DNA of 64,000 bases from Verrucomicrobiaceae bacterium (GTDB lineage Bacteria > Verrucomicrobiota > Verrucomicrobiia > Chthoniobacterales > JAATET01), in assembly GCA_027488755.1 (NCBI GenBank), contig JAIYAZ010000135.1, positions 31,382 to 95,381 of the forward strand, given 5' to 3'. Both the position numbers and the translations under genes were made by a program. Of the stretch, positions 44,709-52,729 are shown piece by piece. Every line of letters starts with the position of its first letter. The first letter of the stretch is position 1. The notes beneath the pieces were generated by a model that worked only from the letters and a program-made list of their open reading frames with translations, was not told where the DNA came from and ran no database searches.

Positions 44709-45047
44709 TTAACCGGGGGGCCAGGCGAGGGGGCGTCCGCCGAGCAGGTGGATGTGAAGGTGGGGGACGGTTTCGCCGCCGTCGGGGCCGTGGTTGATGA
44801 CGACGCGGAAGCCGGTGGCGTCGAGGCCGAGGGCGCGGGCGACGTCGCCGGCCTTGAGGAGGAGGTGGCCGAGCAGGGCGTGGTCGGCGGGAGTGGCCGC
44901 GCCGAGCCGGGGGATGGGGCGCTTCGGGACGAGGAGGACGTGAGTGGGGGCCTGCGGGTGGATGTCGCGGAAGGCGAGGCAGTGTTCGTCCTCGAAGACG
45001 ATGTCGGCCGGGATTTCGCGGGCGATGATTTTTTCGAAGAGGGTCAT
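44709..45047 (-). CDS. Histidine triad (HinT-type) nucleotide-binding protein
   Basis: TLFEKIIAREIPADIV, AFRDIHPQAPTHVL, HLHIHLLGG. Confidence 0.95.
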   Translation of the reverse strand: MTLFEKIIAREIPADIVFEDEHCLAFRDIHPQAPTHVLLVPKRPIPRLGAATPADHALLGHLLLKAGDVARALGLDATGFRVVINHGPDGGETVPHLHIHLLGGRPLAWPPG

Positions 45048-45053
45048 GGGAAG

Positions 45054-45129
45054 TTAAACAGGAGGGCGCGGAGGGAACGGAGAAACAGGCCGGGGCGGAA
45101 ATTTCCTTCGCTCCGTTTCCTCCGGTTAA
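45054..45129. repeat. Imperfect inverted repeat built from 9-nt-periodic GGAG/CTCC units, bounded by TTAA
   Basis: Left TTAAACAGGAGGGCGCGGAGGGAACGGAG; right TTCCTTCGCTCCGTTTCCTCCGGTTAA. Confidence 0.55.
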
Positions 45130-45131
45130 AC

Positions 45132-45692
45132 TCAGGAGAGCTGGAGGTGGAGCTCGGCGGCGCGGGGGCTGGAGTCGAGTTCCTCGCGGATGAAGCGGAC
45201 GATTTCGGAGCGGAGGCCGGCGCAGTCGGTGCGCCAGTTTTTCGCGCTGCGGAGGAGCTTCACGCAGGGCTGGAGGTCGAAGAGTTCGACGCGGAGGGAG
45301 GGCGAGTCGGCGATGGTGCGGAGTTCGTCCTGGAGGAGGCGGAAGAAGAGGAGTTCGTAGCCGGTGCCGGCCTCGCGGGCGAGGCGGGCGAGGGAGAGCC
45401 GGAAGGGCGGGGGGAGGGGCTCGAAGTGGGTGGCGACGTCGGCGTAGCCGATGACCTGGAGGACGGATTGGACGGTGGTGCGGAGCTGGCCGAGGGCGAG
45501 GACGGGTTCGTCGAAGTCGTTGCGTAGGTAGGTGGCGACGGTTTCGGTGACGTGTTCGGCGAGCCACCATTTCTGGTAACCGGCGCGCTGGGCGGCGCGG
45601 GCGAGGCCCTCGGCGAGCCAGGGGGTCTCGAAGTCCATGATGCGGCCGTCGTCGAAACGGACGGCGGGGAGGAGGTTTTTGAACGCGATCAT
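45132..45692 (-). CDS. Hypothetical protein with an N-terminal ATP-cone-like domain
   Basis: VRFDDGRIMDFE..LARAAQRAG..LAEHVTETV..LRTTVQSVL..GYADVATHF follows the ATP-cone pattern; ATGA-coupled to nrdR. Confidence 0.7.
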   Translation of the reverse strand: MIAFKNLLPAVRFDDGRIMDFETPWLAEGLARAAQRAGYQKWWLAEHVTETVATYLRNDFDEPVLALGQLRTTVQSVLQVIGYADVATHFEPLPPPFRLSLARLAREAGTGYELLFFRLLQDELRTIADSPSLRVELFDLQPCVKLLRSAKNWRTDCAGLRSEIVRFIREELDSSPRAAELHLQLS

Positions 45693-46183
45693 TTGGCGGA
45701 GAAGAGTTCGGGCTGGGCCGGGGTTTTCACCCCGCGGCGCTCGAAGGACTGGATTTCCTCGATGAAGTCGCCGATTTCCTGAAATTCGCGGTAGACGGAG
45801 GCGTAGCGGACGTAGGCGACGGGGTCGAGGGCGTGGAGTTTTTCCATGACCTTGAGGCCGATCTGGCGGGTAGGCACTTCGCGTTCGTTGCCGGCTTCGA
45901 GTTCGTTGATGATTTCCTCCACGCTGCGCTCGATTTCGTCCATGCCGATCGGGCGTTTTTCGGAGGCTTTGACGAAGCTGTTGAGGAGCTTGTGGCGGTC
46001 GAAGGGTTCGTGCCGGCCGTCACGCTTGATGGCGCGGAGTTCCAGGCGCTCGATCTCTTCGTAGGTGGTGAATCGGGTTTCGCACTGGAGGCATTCCCGC
46101 CGGCGTCGGATGGACGTGCCCTCTTTCGAGAGCCGGGAATCGATGACTTTGTCCTCCAGGGAACCGCACTTGGGGCAACGCAT
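45689..46183 (-). CDS. nrdR: Transcriptional repressor NrdR
   Basis: MRCPKC..DKVIDSR..IRRRRECLQC..RFTTYE zinc ribbon, KRDG ATP-cone, VAYVRYASVYREF. Confidence 0.98.
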   Translation of the reverse strand: MRCPKCGSLEDKVIDSRLSKEGTSIRRRRECLQCETRFTTYEEIERLELRAIKRDGRHEPFDRHKLLNSFVKASEKRPIGMDEIERSVEEIINELEAGNEREVPTRQIGLKVMEKLHALDPVAYVRYASVYREFQEIGDFIEEIQSFERRGVKTPAQPELFSAK

Positions 46184-46208
46184 TGTGTCGCGCGGGAAAT
46201 TTCATCGG

Positions 46209-46236
46209 AGATTGACTCAATATCTTGTGGTGTCAA
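46209..46236 (-). promoter_or_regulatory. nrdR promoter with an NrdR box (46215..46230) in the spacer
   Basis: Minus strand TTGACA-CCACAAGATATTGAGT-CAATCT; the 16-mer matches consensus acaCwAtATaTwGtgt at 13/16 positions. Confidence 0.75.
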
Positions 46237-46282
46237 CGTGAATTCCCCGGATTTTTCACCCGTCCGTGGCGGGGGCGGACGG

Positions 46283-46918
46283 TCAGGGGGAGCGGCCCTG
46301 GCGCTCGGCGGCGATGCCGCGGGCGATGGCGTCGGCGATGCGCTGGCGGCCGGAGGCGCTTTGGAGGACGGCGTTTTCGGAGGGATTCGAGACGAAGCCG
46401 CCTTCGACGAGGATGGCGGGGCGGCGGTTTTTGCGGAGGACGTAGAAGCCGCGTTGCTTCACGCCGCGGTTGCGGGTGGCGTAGGCGCGGGCGAGCTGGC
46501 CGTTGACGTTGGCGGCGAGGCGGGCGGCGCGGGGGAGGTAGTAGTAGGTCTCGACGCCGTGGCCGGAGGAGCCGCGGTCCCAGTTGTAGTGGACGCTGAC
46601 GAAGATGCTGTCGGGGGTGGCGTGGGAGACGGCGACGCGCTGGCCGAGGGTGATGAAGTAGTCGCCGTTGCGGGTCATGATGACGCGGAAGCCCTTGCGG
46701 CGGAGGCTGGAGGCGAGGCGTTTGGCGGTGTCGAGGGCGAGGTCTTTTTCGTAGCGACCGGCGCGGGGGCGGCCGCCGTTGTCATGTCCGCCGTGCCCGG
46801 CATCGACGACGACCGTTCCGAAGGAGCCGGCGCCGAGGGTGCCGTAGGAGCTGCAGCCGGCGCCGGCGCATCCCGCGAGAAGGGCAAGGCAGGCGGAAAG
46901 GCGAAGGTGGCGGAACAT
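46283..46918 (-). CDS. N-acetylmuramoyl-L-alanine amidase (Amidase_3), probable lipoprotein
   Basis: [34 protein letters not shown]; LAG-C lipobox. Confidence 0.92.
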   Translation of the reverse strand: MFRHLRLSACLALLAGCAGAGCSSYGTLGAGSFGTVVVDAGHGGHDNGGRPRAGRYEKDLALDTAKRLASSLRRKGFRVIMTRNGDYFITLGQRVAVSHATPDSIFVSVHYNWDRGSSGHGVETYYYLPRAARLAANVNGQLARAYATRNRGVKQRGFYVLRKNRRPAILVEGGFVSNPSENAVLQSASGRQRIADAIARGIAAERQGRSP

Positions 46919-47025
46919 GCGGGGCTGCTTGGGAAATGCTTGCGCAGGGTAAGGAAGAAGCGTGCCAACGCAACGTTTTTAGACTCGATTTCCCGGGACC
47001 CGGACGCATGGTGGGCGGGATAGTC

Positions 47026-47787
47026 ATGCTTGCAAAGCGCATCATTCCCTGTCTGGACGTGACCGATGGTCGCGTGGTGAAAGGCACGAAGTTTTTGAAT
47101 CTGCGGGATGCCGGGGATCCGGTGGAATGCGCGAAGGCCTACGATGCGCAGGGCGCGGATGAGTTGGTGTTCCTGGACATCACCGCCTCGAGCGACGGGC
47201 GGGCGACCATGGTGGATGTGGTCGAGCGCACCGCGGAGCAATGCTTCATGCCGCTGACGGTGGGCGGGGGGATTCGTTCGGTGGAGGACATGCGCACGAT
47301 GCTGCTGGCGGGCGCGGACAAGGTGAGCGTGAACACGGCGGCGATCCGGGACCCGGAGCTGGTGCGCGCGGGTTTTGACGCGTTCGGGGCGCAGTGCATC
47401 GTGGTGGCCATTGACGCGAAGCGGAATGAGCGGGGGGGGTGGACGGTTTACACCCACGGCGGCCGCAACCCGACGGATCTGGATGCCGTGGCGTGGGCCG
47501 AGCGGGTCGCGGAGCTCGGCGCGGGGGAGATTTTGCTCACGAGCATGGATGCGGATGGCACCTGCGCGGGTTATGACCTTGGCCTGACCGCGGCGGTGAG
47601 CGGGGCGGTGCCGATTCCGGTGATCGCCAGCGGCGGGGCGGGCAACCTCGCGCATCTCGCGGAGGTGCTCGATGCGGGGCGCGCGGATGCGGTGCTCGCG
47701 GCAAGCATTTTTCACTTCGGGGACTTTACGATTTCGGAGGCGAAGGATTTCCTGGCGAACCGAGGAATTGAGGTGCGAAATTCCTAA
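47026..47787 (+). CDS. hisF: Imidazole glycerol phosphate synthase subunit HisF
   Basis: [51 protein letters not shown]. Confidence 0.98.
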   Translation: MLAKRIIPCLDVTDGRVVKGTKFLNLRDAGDPVECAKAYDAQGADELVFLDITASSDGRATMVDVVERTAEQCFMPLTVGGGIRSVEDMRTMLLAGADKVSVNTAAIRDPELVRAGFDAFGAQCIVVAIDAKRNERGGWTVYTHGGRNPTDLDAVAWAERVAELGAGEILLTSMDADGTCAGYDLGLTAAVSGAVPIPVIASGGAGNLAHLAEVLDAGRADAVLAASIFHFGDFTISEAKDFLANRGIEVRNS

Positions 47788-47867
47788 TTCGATATAGGGG
47801 AAAACCCCGTATTTTTTGCTTGCATATCGATTGTCCAAATGGCTTCCTGCGGAGAAATCTAACTCAA

Positions 47868-48383
47868 GTGACTGCTCCGACCGAATTCTCCCCCGATGGC
47901 ATCCTCTCCTATCTCCGTGGCCGCGGCCTTCGCATTACCCGAAGCCGACGCGGAATCATTCAAGCTCTCTTCAAGGCGACGCAGCCGTTGTCGTTGACGG
48001 AGATTCAGGCCAAGGCGCTGGCTGAGGGAGGCATCCTGCCGGATTACGCGACGGTGTTTCGCATGATGGTCCTGCTGGAGAGTCTGAACATTGCGCACAA
48101 GGTGAACTTGCGCCGTTCGTGCAGTTACTACGAACTCACCTATCCCGGTCGCCAGAACTACCACCTCGTTTGCACCCGAACGGGCGCGGTGACCCGGCTG
48201 GAAATCCCCTGCCCGGTGGCGGAGGTGGAGCGTTTCATCAAGGAAAAGTTTGGCTACACCGGCCTGCATCATTCCCTCGAGTTTTTCGGCCTTTCGCCCG
48301 AAGGCGCGGCGTTGCCGCCGGTCGAGGTGGCTACGGTGGAAGCCGCCGTGGTCCCGGTCGCGCCCACAGCACCACTGCCGTAA
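47868..48383 (+). CDS. Fur family transcriptional regulator (atypical metal ligands)
   Basis: GLRITRSRR, DYATVFR, YHLVCTRTG, HSLEFFG; start uncertain (GTG 47868 chosen). Confidence 0.8.
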   Translation: MTAPTEFSPDGILSYLRGRGLRITRSRRGIIQALFKATQPLSLTEIQAKALAEGGILPDYATVFRMMVLLESLNIAHKVNLRRSCSYYELTYPGRQNYHLVCTRTGAVTRLEIPCPVAEVERFIKEKFGYTGLHHSLEFFGLSPEGAALPPVEVATVEAAVVPVAPTAPLP

Positions 48384-48759
48384 ATCCGAGCAGGACGACG
48401 TCCCGCCCGAGGGCGAAAAGCATTTTCCCCCGGGACGGGGACGGGTCTTCCCCGAAGCAGCCGCAGTCGACGATCAGGCCCTGCTGCAGGGCCCAGGCGA
48501 GGGCGGCGATAAAGAGGAGCAGCAGGCCGGCGGCGAGGGCCGCGCCGATGCGTTTCGTGCGGGACACGAGCAGCAGGCCGCCCGTGGCGATTTCGATCCA
48601 GCCGAGGCTGGCGGCGAGCAGACCGATGAGCACCGGGGGAACGAACGTGAACTGCGCGACGGTGATCGCGAAGCGTTCGCTGGGGCCCATTTTGACAAAG
48701 CCCGCGTAGAGGAAGACGCCGGCGAGCGTGAGCCGGAGGATCCAATCCAGCGCCTTCAC
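48331..48759 (-). CDS. MauE/DoxX family membrane protein
   Basis: LRLTLAGVFLYAGFVK, WIEIATG, DCGCFG, RD; GTGA-coupled to folP. Confidence 0.85.
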   Translation of the reverse strand: MKALDWILRLTLAGVFLYAGFVKMGPSERFAITVAQFTFVPPVLIGLLAASLGWIEIATGGLLLVSRTKRIGAALAAGLLLLFIAALAWALQQGLIVDCGCFGEDPSPSRGKMLFALGRDVVLLGFTAVVLWARPGPRRLPP

Positions 48760-49625
48760 GCGGCGGCCTCCACGGCGCAGAGGGTGCACAGCGCCTGGTG
48801 GGTGGCGCGGACGTTGTGCACGCGGAAAATGGCGGCCCCGCGGAGGAATCCCGCGACGAGGCTGGCCATCGTGCCGGGGTCGCGGTCGCGGGGATCGGGG
48901 AGATTCAGGACGTCGCCGATGACGGATTTGCGGGAGACGGGCAGGAGGATCGGGCGGTCGAATTCGTGCAGCGCGGGGAGTTCGCGGTAGACGCGCAGGT
49001 TGTCGTCGCGCTGTTTCGCGAAGTCGATGCCGGGGTCGAGCACGAGGGCCTCGCGCGGAAGGCCGGCGGCTTCCGCGCGGGCGATGCGTTCGGCGAAGAA
49101 CGCGCGCATTTCGCCGATGACATCGCGCCAAGCAACGTGGGTGTGGGGGACCTTGGGTTCCCCGACGGTGTGCATGAGGAGGAGGGCGGCGCCGGTTTGC
49201 GCGCAGATCGCGGCGTTCTCCGGCGTGGGGAGGCCGCCCATGTCGTTGAGCAGATCGCCGCCGAGGGGCAGAATGGCGCGGGCCACCTCGGGGCGCCACG
49301 TGTTGATGGAAAGCAGGGGCGGGAAGACTTGCTCGCCGTTCGCCGGGGTGGCGCCCGCGACGGCCTCGGCGTAGCGCGCGAGGTAGGGGCGGAGGCGCGC
49401 GATCTCGGCTTCGGCGGGGATGGCGGCGCGGTTCGTGCGCGCGCTTTCGGCGCCGATGTCGATGATGTCCGCGCCTTCGGCGATGAGCTCGCGCGTGCGG
49501 CGCAGGGCCCATTCGACGTCGAGCGAACCGTCGCCCGAGAAGGAATCATCGTTCAAATTCAGGATGCCCATCACGAGCGGGCGGCGGGGGAAGGTGATGA
49601 GGCGGGCGCGGGCGCGAAGAATCAT
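48756..49625 (-). CDS. folP: Dihydropteroate synthase
   Basis: MGILNL..DSFSGDG, IDIGAES, LDPGIDFAK, SRKS, FRVHNV. Confidence 0.93.
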   Translation of the reverse strand: MILRARARLITFPRRPLVMGILNLNDDSFSGDGSLDVEWALRRTRELIAEGADIIDIGAESARTNRAAIPAEAEIARLRPYLARYAEAVAGATPANGEQVFPPLLSINTWRPEVARAILPLGGDLLNDMGGLPTPENAAICAQTGAALLLMHTVGEPKVPHTHVAWRDVIGEMRAFFAERIARAEAAGLPREALVLDPGIDFAKQRDDNLRVYRELPALHEFDRPILLPVSRKSVIGDVLNLPDPRDRDPGTMASLVAGFLRGAAIFRVHNVRATHQALCTLCAVEAAA

Positions 49626-49688
49626 GCGGTGGGTTCCTGCTTGTTCTGGCGCGCATTCTCCCGCAGCCTCGCCGTCAGCGCAATCGTC

Positions 49689-50732
49689 ATGAAGTTCATC
49701 GAATCCGTTTACGAGAAACTCCGGCGCCACCCGAAACGCATCGTTTTTCCCGAGGGGGATGACCCCCGCGTCCTGCGGGCCGCCCAGACCTTTTACGAGA
49801 ACCAGCTCGGCATTCCCGTGCTGCTCGGTGACCGAGCCGTGATCGAGCGGGTCGCGACCGTGGAGAAGGTCGATCTCGACCACGTGGCCATCGTCAATCC
49901 CGAGACCTCCTCCGATCTGCCGGTCTTCTGCGAGCGGCTCGAAAAGCTCGACCGCTACAAAAAGTTCGGCGTGCGCGACAGCCGGGCGCTGATGGTGAAC
50001 CGGAATTATTTCGCCGCGATGATGCTTCAATACGGGCTCGTGGACGGCCTCGTCGGCGGCGTGAACAGCTACGGCGGCTCGCTCCTGCGTCCGCTCCTGC
50101 AGATCGTGAAGCGGTTTCCGCACGCGGACGTGATCGCCAGCGCGATGATCGTTGCGCTGCCGAATTCGACGCACGGCGACGACGGCGTGCTGTTTTTCAG
50201 CGACACGGGCGTCGTGCCCGAGCCGACGATGCAGCAGCTCGGCTCCATCGCGGTGCAGACCGGGCTGCTGGCCCGCCAGGTCTTCGGGCACAAGCCCCGC
50301 GTGGCCCTGCTGAGCTTTTCCACCAAGGGCAGCGCGAAAACGCCCGCGACCGAAAAGGTCGCCGGAGCCACGGTCCTCGCCCGCGAACTCGCCACCCGCC
50401 TCGGCTTCGAAATGGCGGTGGATGGCGAGCTCCAGGCCGACACCGCGCTCGTGGCCGAGATCGCCGAGACCAAACAGGTCGGCGGCCTCGTGGCGGGCAA
50501 GGCGAACGTGCTCGTGTTCCCGGATCTGAACTCCGGGAACATCGCGGTGAAGCTCGTGCAGTATCTCGGCGGGGCCCGCGTTTACGGTCAGATTCTCCTC
50601 GGGCTCACGCGGCCCGCGGCCGAGCTTTCCCGTGGCACGCACCCCGACGAAATCGCCGCCGTGGCCGCGCTCGTAGGCCTGCAGGCCATCGAGTATCGCA
50701 AACTCTACCCGACCGAGGAGTCGCTCGGTTGA
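49689..50732 (+). CDS. pta: Phosphate acetyltransferase (catalytic PTA_PTB domain only)
   Basis: RIVFPEG, VALLSFSTKGS, DGELQADTAL, FPDLNSGNIAVKL, LSRG. Confidence 0.88.
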   Translation: MKFIESVYEKLRRHPKRIVFPEGDDPRVLRAAQTFYENQLGIPVLLGDRAVIERVATVEKVDLDHVAIVNPETSSDLPVFCERLEKLDRYKKFGVRDSRALMVNRNYFAAMMLQYGLVDGLVGGVNSYGGSLLRPLLQIVKRFPHADVIASAMIVALPNSTHGDDGVLFFSDTGVVPEPTMQQLGSIAVQTGLLARQVFGHKPRVALLSFSTKGSAKTPATEKVAGATVLARELATRLGFEMAVDGELQADTALVAEIAETKQVGGLVAGKANVLVFPDLNSGNIAVKLVQYLGGARVYGQILLGLTRPAAELSRGTHPDEIAAVAALVGLQAIEYRKLYPTEESLG

Positions 50733-50748
50733 CGTCCCGTCGAGCGCC

Positions 50749-51858
50749 GTGAACTCCGTCACCCCCCGCGTCTTCGTTGCCGCAACCGAGCAGAACGTCG
50801 GCAAGACGACGACCTCGATCGGGCTCTACGCCACGCTGCGCGACCGTTTAGGCGCCATTGGATTCATCAAGCCCGTGGGCCAGCGCTTCATCGAGGTCGA
50901 CGGCAAGCGCATCGATGAGGACAGCGTGCTCATCCGCGACACGTTCGACACGCAGATCCCCATCGAGGACATGTCGCCCATTGCGGTGGAGCCCGACTTC
51001 ACGCGCCGTTACATCGAGGCGTCGAACAGCGAGCAGCTCGTGCGCCGCATCCGTCACTCGTTCGACCGCGCCTGCTGGGAAAAGGAATTCGCCATCATTG
51101 AAGGCACCGGCCACGCCGGAGTGGGCAGCGTGTTCGACCTCTCGAACGCCCGCGTGGCCCAGTTGCTGGAGAGTAAGGTCATCCTGGTTACGACGGGCGG
51201 GATTGGCCGGCCGATCGACGAGGCGGCCGTGAATCACGCGCTCTTCCAGCGCCAGGGCGTCGAGGTCATCGGCGTCATCATGAACAAGGTGCTCCCGAGC
51301 AAATACGACTACATCTCCGAGTTCGCGCGGCGCGGATTTGCGCGGCTCGGGCTCGAGCTGCTCGGCGTGATGCCGCAGGAGCGTATGCTCTCCGAGCCCA
51401 CGCTCGTCGATGTCTGCGGCGCGATTCGCGGCGACGTGCTCTGCGGCGAGGACGCGATGCGCAGCCGCGCCGGCACGGTGATGATCGGCGCGATGTCGCC
51501 CGACAACGTCCTCGCGCGGCTGGAGGAGCGCACGCTGCTCATCTGCCCAGGCGACCGCGAAAACGTGCTGCTCGCCGCCCTCGACCGCGCGCGGGAGCTG
51601 GAGCCGGAGACCGAGCGCGGGATTGTGGCCATCGTGCTCTCGGAGTCGCTGCTGCCGAGTGCGTCCACGTTGAACCGGCTGCGCGGCGCGCCGTGGCCCG
51701 TGATTGTTTCGCCGATGGACAGCTACACCATCGCGAGCCGAATCCATTCGATGACGGTGAAAACGCTCCCCGGCGACTCGGAAAAAATCGACCGCATCCA
51801 GAGCCTTGTGAGCGACCACGTGGACGTGGACCGCATCCTTGAGAAGATCGGGGCCTAG
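50749..51858 (+). CDS. BioD-like P-loop (AAA_26) + DRTGG domain protein (Pta N-terminal-like)
   Basis: NVGKTT, GFIKPVGQ, IIEGTGHAGVG, GVIMNKV, IGAM, PGDRENV. Confidence 0.88.
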   Translation: MNSVTPRVFVAATEQNVGKTTTSIGLYATLRDRLGAIGFIKPVGQRFIEVDGKRIDEDSVLIRDTFDTQIPIEDMSPIAVEPDFTRRYIEASNSEQLVRRIRHSFDRACWEKEFAIIEGTGHAGVGSVFDLSNARVAQLLESKVILVTTGGIGRPIDEAAVNHALFQRQGVEVIGVIMNKVLPSKYDYISEFARRGFARLGLELLGVMPQERMLSEPTLVDVCGAIRGDVLCGEDAMRSRAGTVMIGAMSPDNVLARLEERTLLICPGDRENVLLAALDRARELEPETERGIVAIVLSESLLPSASTLNRLRGAPWPVIVSPMDSYTIASRIHSMTVKTLPGDSEKIDRIQSLVSDHVDVDRILEKIGA

Positions 51859-51933
51859 CGGGGGGTGCCCGGGTTTCCTGAAAGCGCGGCTTGCGCCGGG
51901 GGCGCGGCGGCTTACACTACGCCGGTCTTGAAC

Positions 51934-52683
51934 ATGGGCAGCAAATTCCTTCTCGGCGGTGTCGGCCTGGCCGGCTTTGCCCCTTCCGCCTGGGCGCAGG
52001 CGGCTCCCGTCCCCGGGCTCGGCGGTCACCTTGACCTCTGGCATTTTGTGCAGGCCGGCGGCTGGGTGATGATTCCGCTGGCGTTGCTGTCGGTGATCGC
52101 GCTGATGCTGATCGTGATCTACCTCTTCACGCTGCGCCGCGGGGCCGTGGTGAGCGGACGTTACATGACCACCGCGGACGCGCTGCTGCGCAAGGGCGAT
52201 TATTACGGTCTCCTTGCGGTCTCGAACCGCCACGGCGAGGCGGTGGCGCGCATCCTCCGCCGCACGCTGGATTTCCTCATCAAAAACCCGAAGGCCACCC
52301 TGGCCGAGGCGCGCGAAATCGCGGAGACCGAGGGCACGCGGCAGGCCTCCGCCATGCAGCAGCAGATTGTGTATCTGGCCGACATCGGCAACATCGCGCC
52401 GATGGTCGGGCTTTTCGGCACGGTGGTCGGCATGATCAAGGCGTTCGCCGTCGTGGCGGCCGATATGTCGGTGAAGAATCCCAGCATGCTCGCCGCGGGG
52501 GTTTCCGAGGCGCTGGTCGCCACGGCGGGCGGTTTGCTCGTGGGCATCCCCGCGATGGCCGCCTACGCCTACTTCCGGGGTCGCACGCAGCGGCTCGTGT
52601 CCGAAATGGAAGCCGCGACCACGCAGCTCATCGCGCAGCTTGGGGTGCATTACAAACCCGGGGCCTTTCGCCCCCCGGAGTAG
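51934..52683 (+). CDS. MotA/TolQ/ExbB proton channel family protein
   Basis: GGWVMIPL, IAPMVGLFGTVVGMIKAF, GVSEALVATAGGL. Confidence 0.93.
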   Translation: MGSKFLLGGVGLAGFAPSAWAQAAPVPGLGGHLDLWHFVQAGGWVMIPLALLSVIALMLIVIYLFTLRRGAVVSGRYMTTADALLRKGDYYGLLAVSNRHGEAVARILRRTLDFLIKNPKATLAEAREIAETEGTRQASAMQQQIVYLADIGNIAPMVGLFGTVVGMIKAFAVVAADMSVKNPSMLAAGVSEALVATAGGLLVGIPAMAAYAYFRGRTQRLVSEMEAATTQLIAQLGVHYKPGAFRPPE

Positions 52684-52729
52684 CCTCCGGGCCTCCCGTC
52701 CCCCGCCCGCGGTGCCGCTCGCCCCATCC

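Noticed and set aside
47795-47818. GGGG-AAAA-CCCC hairpin with a T-run as the hisF terminator
   Set aside because: The core stem is only 4 bp, too weak to call.
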